64,000 nt of DNA from Okamejei kenojei (lineage: Eukaryota), in assembly GCA_035221665.1 (NCBI GenBank), contig CM069174.1, positions 8,494,001-8,558,000 of the forward strand. Reading direction: 5' to 3'. Below, piece after piece: positions 50,805 through 61,850 of this stretch; position 1 is the stretch's first letter; each line of letters begins with the position of its first letter. Position numbers and translations under genes: made by a program. The notes under the pieces were generated by a model. It was not told the DNA's origin. It saw only the letters and a program-made list of their open reading frames with translations, and ran no database searches.

Positions 50805-53800
50805 CTACCAATGACAGATTACAAGAGTCACTAGAACATTATAGCAAGGGACAAGTAATGAATACGTTGTGGGGAAAAGATTGGGGGTGGGGTAGAAACT
50901 GAAGTGCCTTCAGTTTGTTTATCCATTCAATGAGATCAACCTTTGTTTAGTTTACAGATGCAGCATGGAAACAAGCCCTTCAGCCAGAGTCCACACTGAC
51001 CATCGATCATCTGTTCACACCAGTCCCACGTTATTCCACTTCGCATCCACTCCCTACATACTAGAGTTAATTTCAGGGAGAATGTGCAAATTCCACACAG
51101 ACAGCATCCAAGGTCAGAATCAAACCTGGCACTGAGGCAGCTGTTCTACCAGCCCCCCCCTCTGTGCCACCAGAATCTTTATCCAGAATCTCCCACAAGA
51201 AAATATCCGCTCCACCTTGTCACCACTGTTCAGGATCTTATACACTTTAATCAAGTCCCCTCTAACCCTTCTGATTTTTTGCAGATACAAACCTAGCCAG
51301 TTCAACATTTCCTCACAAGACAACCCACCCAATCCAGGTATGAGTCTAGAAGCAGTTCAATTACGTTTACATCCCTCAATCAGGAGGCCAATACTGTGCA
51401 TAGTACTCCAGATGTGGTCTCACCATGCCCCGATATAACTGAAGCAAAGTCAAAAGAGTCAAAAGTGTTTAATTGTCAGATGTATCAGCAACAGAACAAT
51501 GAAATTCCTACTAGCTGCAACTTAACAGGCCGGTAAACACAATGACACAAATAATATTATAATAATCAATAATACAATAAATTAATAACTTGCACTAGGC
51601 AATCATAATTGTGCAAAACCAAAGTCTGAAATTCAACCAAAGACACAGTCCATAGAAGATCATAGTTGCTCAGGTTAATGTTGCGTAGTGTTCAAGAGCC
51701 TAATATTTCTACTTCCATAGGGTCAGGCAGCATCTCTGGATTCATGTCCTTCAGAGATGCTGCTGGACCCACTGAGTTAGTCCAGCACTTTGGTTTTTTT
51801 TTGTCAACCACCAACTGTAGTCTCTGGTATCTACATCTCCACCTTCGTAGTCAATTCCACCCCCCCCTCAACAATAAATGCTAACATTGTTAGCTTTCCT
51901 AATCCCTTCCTATACCTGCACACAAGCCTTTTCATATATCCCTCGGGAGACACAGATCCGTCAATCTCTGGACTCTGCTATCTCAGGTTACTCCCTTAAC
52001 TGGTCCACATCCTTGTATAACCTTATGTTCTCTTCACAACTTACTTGCCTACCTTTGTCTCATCGGAGAAATGTAGCGATTATACCATTGGTGCCTTTAT
52101 CCATGCAATTCGTCAAGATTGTAGATTGTAATATGGCAACCTGGTTGGCCCACTTCCGTGCGATATATAGCTCTATAACTTATGCAAAAACTTTGAGCCT
52201 AAGCACTTGCCTTGAAGAAGGATCTTTTCCAACCAGAAAGTTACCTTTATATGCCTACTTATCCACATTAATTAGATCCTATACCATGAGTTTTAATTTC
52301 CACAATAACCTTTGGATAAGGCACCTGATCCAAATTCTACACCCTTGATAGATGTCAAAAGGTTTGTAGCAAGGCACCAAACTTGACAAGTTGGTGGTGG
52401 TTAAGTCAGTGGACTCAACGCTGATCCAGACACGTTTGAATTCTCCTAAATTTTGATTTTTAATTAAAAGAGCAACAAACCCATCACAAAAAAGTTATTA
52501 ATTTGACCTTCCCATAAGCCAAGTGAGGGGTCAAATGCCTACTTGCACTCAGATGTATTTACTGTACACATTAAAACACAGGAGTAGTTGACCACAACTT
52601 AATGCTCAAAAATTGATAAAGGACTCCCATCTTTTAAATCTGTCAACCAATCTGTCATCCTGAAAATATAAATTTTTAAAAATATTACAAAATTCTAAAG
52701 TAGAGATTTGCTTTAAAAAATGGCATTCCACAAAAGGAGGCAAGCAATTGAAAATTAAACCAACTTGTAGATGTTGAAAATCATGAAAAGAAACAAAAAA
52801 CATTGGGAAGACACAGCTCAGCTGAAATCTGTGGAGAAGTTGAACACTATCATCAGACCTGACCAAATGCTGCCTGACCTGCTGAGCCCAGCATTTTCCC
52901 CTTGCATTGGAGCAGACAAATATTTTGGCTCAAGTTATACAAACACAACAAAAGTACACCACCCAGAAACCAGTGTTGCTAGGCATTGCACCACAGTATT
53001 CAATGGATCTTGGTACAAACTATGTGGGAGCATTGCAGCTCCTCCTTTTTAGAATAGACTCTGTGGTAAGCAGGGAGAACAGGCCGAACAAGCAATTACC
53101 AAAAGATCAGGTTGAGCACCTCTGACCCTAGACATACATTCAACCACTGATGCACTAATTTGTGATGTGCAACCCAGGCTCAAGTTCTACAGCTCTAAAC
53201 CTGGTGTGACTGGGTACTGGGAACATAGTTTTTCTTCATTGGATTTTGAACTGCACCATATCCAGTACCAGCAAGGATGGCAATCTTCTCCAAAAATCAG
53301 TTCACCAACACTATTCCATCAAATTCCAAAGCAAATGCAAATTTTAAAAAAAACTGCAGATACTGGAAATCTGAAATAGTCATCTGACAAAGGGTCTCAG
53401 TCTTGAAACATTGACTGTTTCTCATTTCCACAGATGCTGCCCAACATGCTGAGCAGTTCCAGCAGCATCTGTTTTTTATTAATATCTGAAGCAACACAGC
53501 CACCTTATTTCTTAGCATACATGCTGCAAACTGAAAGTACTCCCTTCAAGATAGTGGATTAATTTAACTTTTAAATTTCCCTCTGCATTTCGCCACTATA
53601 GTACACTCATTGTTCGACACCATTTAAATCAAGAGATTATGCAGAACTGTACTTCCATATCCAAAAGCACAACAAGTCCCATCACCCAAATCTTGCTCAC
53701 TGCACTCTACTGGCTCCCTGGAGTGCAAAGTTTACGTTAACATTCTCATTCTTGTTTTCTTGCAGTTATTACAATTGTCAGTCCCACAAGGTCTGTGTTT

Positions 53801-54394
53801 TCAACTGTTTGGGCCTAGAGCTCTTGAATCCTCCCCAAACTTTTTTTCACTCCACTTCCTCCTATGCCACTTTTTAAACATACATTTCAAAGCTTTTAGT
53901 TATCTGACCTGTTATCTCCTAATGTGAAGCATTGTGCCATTTTGTTTGATTCCACTTCATGTTAAAGGTGCTGTGTAGTGTTGCAATAATGGTAAAATCA
54001 TCACAGATTGGCATTTTCTCTCGCATTCACGTTAGCATAGCTAAGAGCACAGACAGAACATATAACCCAAGCCCCTGCTAGTGTTTATTTTCCAAGCAAA
54101 TTTCCTCGCACTTCAACGCAGCGGCCAATACAAAAAATCCCTCGAGTTTATCGAGATTCCCCTTCACATCAATGTTATTTGCCTTGCGATGGCAAGCCCA
54201 ATGTTCGAACCACTCCTCGCTCAGTATTTTCGTAACGTGTATTATGTCAACAATTTAGGATTCTCTACAAGACATTTCTGCGTATGTCCTACAACATATT
54301 TTACAAGGATCTGATGTTTTTGAAGGCGTACGTGAGGGATTCTTGCTTCTGCAGACGAACACACTGTTAGCTTATTTTCAATACAACCGTGATT

Positions 54395-54573
54395 CCAGAA
54401 GAGAATCAGAAGAGTGCTGAACTCCATTCGTCACACACTTTGGGAATACATCACCTCTTAGGGTACCACGGCAAAAAAAAAGGTCTCAGGATCGAACTGC
54501 AGTGCCGTCAGAGGTGATGTATTCCCAAAATGCATGACGAATGGAGCTCAACACTTTTTGGATTCTTTTCTGG
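54395..54573. repeat. 64-bp imperfect inverted repeat (MITE-like or RNA hairpin)
   Basis: Arms 54395-54458 and 54510-54573 are reverse complements with about 9 mismatches, nearly all transitions. Confidence 0.9.
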
Positions 54574-54639
54574 TAGGGCACAATCAGATTTGGCACCCTT
54601 GTGCCGAAGGAGGTTGGAACAGTTCTCAAGTTCCCACTC

Positions 54640-55190
54640 TCCATCGCTCCACAGCGACCCCCAAACCGTGGCCCACAAAGAGCTGTTCAGCGATAACGAA
54701 ACAGTTGCCAATTGCAGCGAGCCCCAGCCCGTTTACTGAGCGAGTGCGTGGGCACATGAACTCCGCCAACAGCTCCGTGTCGGCGGCAGGAGAGCTGGCC
54801 AAACGGAATCCGCGGGAGCACCGTGCGACTCACCGCTCAGATAGTTGGTCCATTTGTGCAGCACCCCCTCCATTGGCGCCGCCGCTGGATCTCCTCCAGT
54901 GGCTCGCGTCGCTGCAGGAAATAACAGGCGCGCCTGTGATTGACAGCGGCCGCAACCAACCGAGCGGCGCCCGCCTCGCCGCAACAAGTGCATCGTGTCG
55001 TCACCGAGGCCCCGGTCGCCGCAGCCGGCCAATCACAACGGCCGGACTGAGCTTCTGCTCCCCCCCCAGTGGTCAACTCTCGCCACACAGCTGGCCAATG
55101 AAAGCGGCGGAATAGAAGAGATGAGCCAATGGAGATCACGCTGTGCGGGATGGGGCGGGACATTTGAGCAAATCGCGACGGCGTTTGTCG
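54640..55190 (-). promoter_or_regulatory. CpG island promoter of the PLEKHA3-like gene with three CCAAT boxes and a GC box
   Basis: GGCCAATCAC (~55027), GGCCAATGA (~55093), AGCCAATGG (~55124) and TGGGGCGGGA (55151-55160). Confidence 0.8.
54834..54873 (-). CDS. PLEKHA3: PLEKHA3-like (FAPP family) coding exon 1
   Basis: MEGVLHKWTNYLS+G|gtgagt; the FAPP1/FAPP2 N-terminal signature; exact orthology uncertain. Confidence 0.93.
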
Positions 55191-55566
55191 GAAGGAACTG
55201 CAGATGCTGCTCTAACTGAACTGAGACACAGAGTGCTGGAGTAACTCAGCGGGTCAGGCAGCATCTCTGCAGAACATGGATGGGCGACGTTTCCAGTCGA
55301 GACCCTTCTTCAGTCTGTGTCTATCTCTGATGGAGTTTTCCAGTTATGAACACACAGAAGTTCGTGGACGTTTTTATTATAAAAGTTGTTGCCCTGCCAA
55401 TTCTGCATGTTGTGGTCAAACAGAGGCAAAGAGAAGAACCAAATAGCTGCAGCTGCTGGTTAATACACCAAAGGACACAGAGTGCTGGAGTAACTCAGCG
55501 GGACAGGCAGCATCTCTGGAGAACATGGATCTCTGGAAACAATGTCCTCCGGAGATGCTGTCCGAC

Positions 55567-55980
55567 GCTTGGGGAGTCTGCATCCTTTGGGCTTGAATAT
55601 TGAATTTTCTCAATTCTGTTAACCTTGCTGTCTCCTCCCCTTCCCACCTCTCCCTCAGCCCTCGGGCCCTGGCATTCCCTCTATCTCTATCTCCCTCCCC
55701 CACCCAAGTCGCACCAGCTTCTCATTTTCACACCACAAACAGCTTACAATGGCTTGTTCCCTTTATCACCGATACTTTTTTGCATATCTTTCACTCATTG
55801 TTCCTTATCTCTCCACATCACCGTCTATATCTCTCGTTTCCCTGATCCCTGACCAGTCTGAAGAAGGGTCTCGACCCGAAACGTCGCCTATCTCCTTCGC
55901 TCCTTAGATGCTGCTGCACCCGCTGAGTTTCTCCAGCTTTTTGTGTACCCTCGATTCTCCAGCATCTGCAGTTCCTTCTT
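55567..55980 (+). mobile_element. Penelope-like element 3' end with a hammerhead motif at 55858-55885
   Basis: Near-identical reverse complement of ~10161-10545; encodes LGSLHPLGLNIEFSQFC*. Confidence 0.85.
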
Positions 55981-57944
55981 TAAAAAAATGCTGAGTTACT
56001 CCAGCGCTTTGTGCCTGAGAGGGAAAGAGAACTTGCAATAATTTGCATCATCAGTGCCAATAAACGGGACCGGCAGCAGACAGGCTGGTGGTGTGGAGAG
56101 GAGGTCTTGTGGGGAGAAAGGGTGGGGTGGGTCTGTAGGGGAGACATGGTTTGGCCAGGGGAAAGGATACATTGTGTGGCAGCGAAAGGGATTGGGGGAA
56201 ATGTAAGAATCGGGAAGAAGAGTCAACCCTGCCATTAATTAAGGTCAGGACTGATTTGGGTTTAGGTTTATTATGGCCCCTGGTCCTGGGCTCCTCAGCC
56301 GGAACATCCAGTCTGTCAAACCCCTTAGAAATGTAAGTTTCAATGCAATCTCAACTCCCGAGGAACAGCCTCAGTCAATTTAATCCCTACCGCACAGCAA
56401 AACAAAAACCCAGATTGCCGGGGAGATCAGCGGGTCAGGCAGAATCTGTGGAGACAATGGACAGACGACATTTCAAGTCGGGACCCTTTCTCTGGACTGA
56501 AAGATGGATGGGGCGGAAATTAACACAAAATGCTGGAGTAACTCAGCGGGACAGGCAGCATCTCTGGAGAGAAGGAATGGGTGGCATTTTGGATGGAGAC
56601 CGAGTCAGGGGAGGGAGAGATAAGGAAGTGTAAAGTGTGAGAACGGACACCTGGATCCAGGTGAGGATTAATGGATAGACCAGGTATGGGGAGGGGGGGA
56701 TAGAGGAATGGAGAAATGCGTGGCTCTAGTAACTAGTCTGGGTCAAAGAACACGAGAGCAGTAAAATCACAGAAGGGGGGGGGGGGGGGGGGGCAGTGAG
56801 AGAGAGACTCTCAGAACTCCAATTGGAGAGAGGAGGGGAACTTAAAGGTAGGCGTACTTTGAGGAGTGTTTGCAGTGGAACAGTAATATGGAGACACAGG
56901 TAGCTGCAGATGCTGGAAAATGGAACATAAACTAAATTACTGGAAGAACTCACGAGGGGTTTCTCTTGCTCTTCAACCATGTTCTCGCCTAGACTACACC
57001 CACAAAAGCAGACTCGACTAATGCCTCTACTTCCTCCGAAGAACAAGGGAATTCAGCAGGTCTCCAACGACTCTTACTAATTGTACAGATGCACAATAGA
57101 AAGCATTGTATTTGGATGTACTGCAACCTGGTTCTAATACCCAGTTCAAGGTTGTAGGGTCACCTACGTACACAGGAGGTTCAATTTGTACCAATGTTGC
57201 CCTTGATTGGTGTGCTGCATCAATCAAAGATCCAAGCAGTCACCCAGTGTGGCCGGGATGTGAGATTGTCAGGAGCACAATCTTTCAGATGAGGGATTGA
57301 GCCAAAGCCCTGCCTACTTGTGAATGGCTGTTAAAGTATCCCCAGCACTATTTCAAAGAACCAGCAATTTCTTCCCAGTTCTCAGGGCAACAGTTTATCC
57401 TTCAATCAAGATCTTGGAAATCTTATATGGTCATTAACATGGCGCTGTTTGTGGAATCTTGCTGTGGATTGTCTGGCTTTCCATAGTACAGTGGTAACCA
57501 CACTGGGAGAAAGCAGATGCAGCGTGAAGTGGCTCTACCACCTGCTCATTATTCCTGATTAAACTGGGGAAACTGGCCAGTTAAAGTGAAACTCTCACAC
57601 CCCACCCTTTTTAGGCAGTACGGGATAATGCAAACAACCCTGGTATCTGGTGTTGCTAGGGTACGGATAACAGGACGTATATCACACAAAGCATTTCCTG
57701 CTGCACTTTAATCACCATTGACTTTTTTCCATTTCTCTCACTGCACCTCTAGCAGAATGTCTGATGTGCATCAAGATAGATTGATTTGCTCTTTTGGAGT
57801 TTGGGGATTTGTGGGCTGGTGCAGGATGTGGTTCATAGTGTGCAAGCAGCTGCTGAATGGTGATGTACATTCCATTAACATTCACGGTTAGGTACACAGG
57901 AGTAGACCATTCTAGCTTTGCACCTGCTCCATCATTCAACAAAA

Positions 57945-58660
57945 GTGCTGGTCATCAATTTGAGGAACTGGGCTGGAGTACACCCCAGTCTGTATCAATG
58001 ATGCTGAAGTGGAGATGGTCCAGAGCTTCACGTTCCCAGGCATAAATATCATCAACATCTTTGCCCTGGTTCAACTCTACGGCCGAGAAAGCACGCCAAG
58101 GCCTCTCCTTCCTCAGAAGATGAAAGAAATCCAGCATGTCTCCAATGACGTTTATCAACTCCTACAGATGCACTGTAGAAAGCATAATTGCTTGATATGG
58201 AAACTGCTCCGCCCAAGACTGCTAGGGATTGCAGAGTTGTGAGTGCAGCCCATTCTATTACACAAATTAGTCTCCAGCCGCTCCACCCATGGCTCCATCT
58301 ACACTCCACGTTGCATCAGGGAAGCAGCCAAAATAGTCAAGGACCAGTCACACACCAATCATTCCCTCTTCTCCCCTCTCCTGTTGGACAAAAGATACAA
58401 AAGCTTGAAAACATGTGCCACCAGGTTCAAGGATGGCTTCTTCCCTACTAATATCAGACTCTTGAACGCTCCACTCATAAGCTAAGAATGCATTCACGAT
58501 CTCTCAATCTGCCTCGTTGCAGCTCTTGCACTGTTTTTTTAATCTGCACTCACGTTTGTTTTCTCTTTTTGCATTACCTCTTGTACTCATCTATGGTATG
58601 ATTTGACTTGACAGCACATATACAAAAATTCACTATATCGCGGTACACGTAACAGTAAAT
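57945..58660 (+). mobile_element. Degenerate Rex/Babar-like LINE 3' region
   Basis: Frameshifted RT C-terminal remnants (VQSFTFPGINI; HSLFSPLLLDKRYKSLKTCATRFKDGFFP). Confidence 0.65.
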
Positions 58661-61484
58661 CGATACCAATGAGATCCACTTCAATCCTTTTCTGCCAACA
58701 CCATGGGTTTTTTAATGTCTGCCATATTAGCACATTTTGTCTCATCCTATCACAGATATTCCCTCTGTTCTGCCATTCTCCCCATCCACCACCTTCTCTG
58801 CCGCAGAAAACGCACTTGTTTTCTCTCTGTGGGGCACCGGACCCGATTCATTGTTTCTCTCTCCACAGATGCTGTCTGATCTGCTGAGTGTTTCCAACGT
58901 GTTCTGTTTATGTTAGCATTCGGTTGCCCAGCGTTCAAATATCCCGGGCGCCCTATTCCAGACACCCTCATATCTCTAAGTGAAGACATTTTGGGGAACA
59001 GGAGGAGGCCATTCGACCTATCAGCCCCAAATGCCTGACCCCTCAACAAGGGCATGGCCCCAGGTTTTGGAACCTCCAACCTCTTACCAGGTCACTCCAT
59101 GTCTTAAATGTAGCGGTGAGAATACAATACCTGAACAAATCAAAACACTCTTGGAATAAGTTTCATTCAAGCAATCTTCAGGAGGCGAGTAGGTCGTTAC
59201 ATTGCAGGGAAATGGACCGGAGCCACTGCTTTGATGATGAGAGGACGCGTGAGCACCAGCATGGATCAGTGGGGCAAAATGTCAAGTTTATATGATGGAA
59301 ATACTCGGATAGGTTTTTTTGGGAAGTGTGGGGTTTGTTCTGTTGCTCGCACAGGAAACGACCAATCACTTCCTACTACTACTACTTTGCCAGGTCTACT
59401 TAGCAGTCTGAAGAAGGGTCTCGACACCGAGGCGTCACCCATTCCTTCTCTCCAGAGATGCTGCCTGTCCCGCTGAGTTACTCCAGCTTTTTGTGACTAC
59501 TTTGCTGGGGACGTTTCAGCAAGGAATGCCGTTCCTCCAGAGCTGCCCAGGCCAAATCATTGCACATCTGAGGTTTGGTGTCTCTCCTGAAATTGGCCGG
59601 CTCCTGTGGCAGGGGTGACTTGATCACATGTCACTGTGCTAACTGGCACATGTGACAAATAAATGTATCTTGCATCTTGACACACGCACACTTGGAAACA
59701 CTGATAGAATGCAAAATAACTCGTTTCAAAGGTCCTAATGTAATGGCATGTCAAATAGTTGTAGCTCCATTGCATACTTCTAGTGTAACTGCCCTGTAAG
59801 TTATTGAGGAACTTGCATCGAAATAGCATCACATCAGGTTGAACCGGGAGAACAGGGTGTTCTGTCAATATTGTTATGACCATACCCTTTTTATAATCTC
59901 TTCCAACGGCCAGCCTCCAACATCGTCAACGTGAAACTTGCTATCAAAGTCAAAACCCGTCTCACCCGCCCTCCCCGTCGCTCTTGGTCCCAGCATCATC
60001 TCCGTGCTCAATTTACCCCCCTCCAACCCCCTCCCCCTCTCCCCCTGTGCCCATATCTGGCAATCTGGCAGCCTGTAAAACATACTGGAGGGATTCCACT
60101 TACTTTCCCTGCAGAATTTGTTTTGGTCAGATTTTTCATTCAGGTCGTGAGCCAGAGATATACAGCATGGAAACAAGCCCTTCTGCCCTTTTAGAACTCG
60201 ACCGCTGCGCCATCGTGCAACAACAAAGAGGTGTCTGTCTGATGCCCCTTTCCTGAAAATGTGTTGCCGTGCGAGTCCTCATGGGTTCCGGATTTCTTCT
60301 AATTCTTCAATGAAAAGCATCTTACTTTCCCTTGGCATTATGTCACTCATCAGTCAGTGGTTTTCTCTTGTTTTATCCCTTATGTGGATAGAATACTCAC
60401 CGTTCCTTTTAGTTTATCGTTTTGCATCCCTCAATAACATGTAATTTTAGTTGATGGAAAACACTGAGCTCGATGTCCTTGTAATATTCTCCAGGGAACT
60501 AAGTCAGTATTTAACGTCCCGAGTCCAATCCACCTTGCCCCGTGGTCGGGCATTTCCCAGTCTATTACCGTAACCTGTGTCCGAGCCCCGTCTCACAATC
60601 ATTATTCCATTACATCAGATGCTTACGCACACCGCCTCATCTGTTTGGTGTCTGGCGATGTTTTCTCTGCTATGCATCTTCTCTTTGACGTGGCTTCAAC
60701 GCATTTTAAAAATAACTGTCCTCTCACTAGACGTGGGAGTCGATGGCAAAGCGAGGATATATGCTCCATTCTTAATTGCCCTTGAACTTGCATTGCAGTC
60801 AGGATACTTAAGATGGGTCTGGAATTACATAGAGTCCAGACTGATAAAGAAAGGTAACGAGAGGGTTTAATGACAATCCATGGCCATTCTTACTTAAACT
60901 GATTTCTAAAAAATAATTTGATGTAAATGCAACTCAACGTCTTTAGAAATAATTTCTAGCGCTTGCTGTTTTATTAACAAATTAAATTCTGTTATACATT
61001 GCAGCACAGGAGTCCCATAAACTCTACATTGGCACGGGAAACATTTAAACAAATTCCAACAGCATCTCACATCTTCCAGCAGGCGGCGCCGCTGTAGCAT
61101 TCTTCCCACTGTTAGTACAAGAAAACAAAAATATTCTCTCAACTGCTCCAAGCACACATTATTCACACATGGTCTGGAGGAACAGAGGTGAAAACAAGTC
61201 AGCCAGTGCTTGTCTCGGTCTTCAAACCTACCCACAAGTGGCGTACATTTAAAATGTCCCCCAACTGAGCCAGGGTTCAATCTGGCTGAGTTCAAACAGG
61301 TAAAGTAAGGGCATTTACTGACACAATACTGCTTTGATCCCCTTGATGCAATCCAGGATTCCCAAGTGCTCAATGACAACCCCTGCGAGAGATGTGCCGT
61401 GTGGATAAGACAGTTATGGGTGCGACTACCTCCATGATCAAATAGCTTGTTGCCATGTTGGGTCGAGACTGGTAAACAAATAAG

Positions 61485-61850
61485 ATCATAAGGTCATAAG
61501 GAATAGGAGTAGAATTCGACCATTCGGCCCATCATGTCAACTCCACCATTCAATCATAGCTGATCTATCTTTCCTGCCTAACCCCATTCTCCTGCCTTCT
61601 CCCCATAACCTCTGACACCCGTACTAATCAAGAATCTATTTATCTCTGCCTTAAAAAATATTCACTGACTTGGCCTCTACAGCCGTCTGTGGCAATGAAT
61701 TCCACAGATTCACCACCCTCTGACTGAATACATTTCTCCTCATCTCCTTCCTAAAAGAATGTCCTTTAATTCTGAGGTTATGACCTCTAGTCCTAGACTC
61801 ACCCACTAGTGGAAACATCCTCTCCACATCCACTCTATCCAAGCCTATCC
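61485..61850 (-). mobile_element. CR1/L2-type LINE 3' end
   Basis: GLDRVDVERMFPLVGESRTRGHNLRIKGHSFRKEMRRNVFSQRVVNLWNSLP motif. Confidence 0.85.

Noticed and set aside
54874-54993. In-frame upstream ATG giving a 40-aa extension of the PLEKHA3-like protein
   Set aside because: FAPP proteins begin at MEGVL; the ATG is close to the CCAAT boxes and may lie upstream of the TSS.
59885-59897. TATAAAAAGG on the minus strand
   Set aside because: No downstream exon or ORF supports a promoter.
55200-60900. Expected head-to-head FKBP7/FKBP14-type gene
   Set aside because: No FKBP-like exon was recognised; the interval is mostly repeats.
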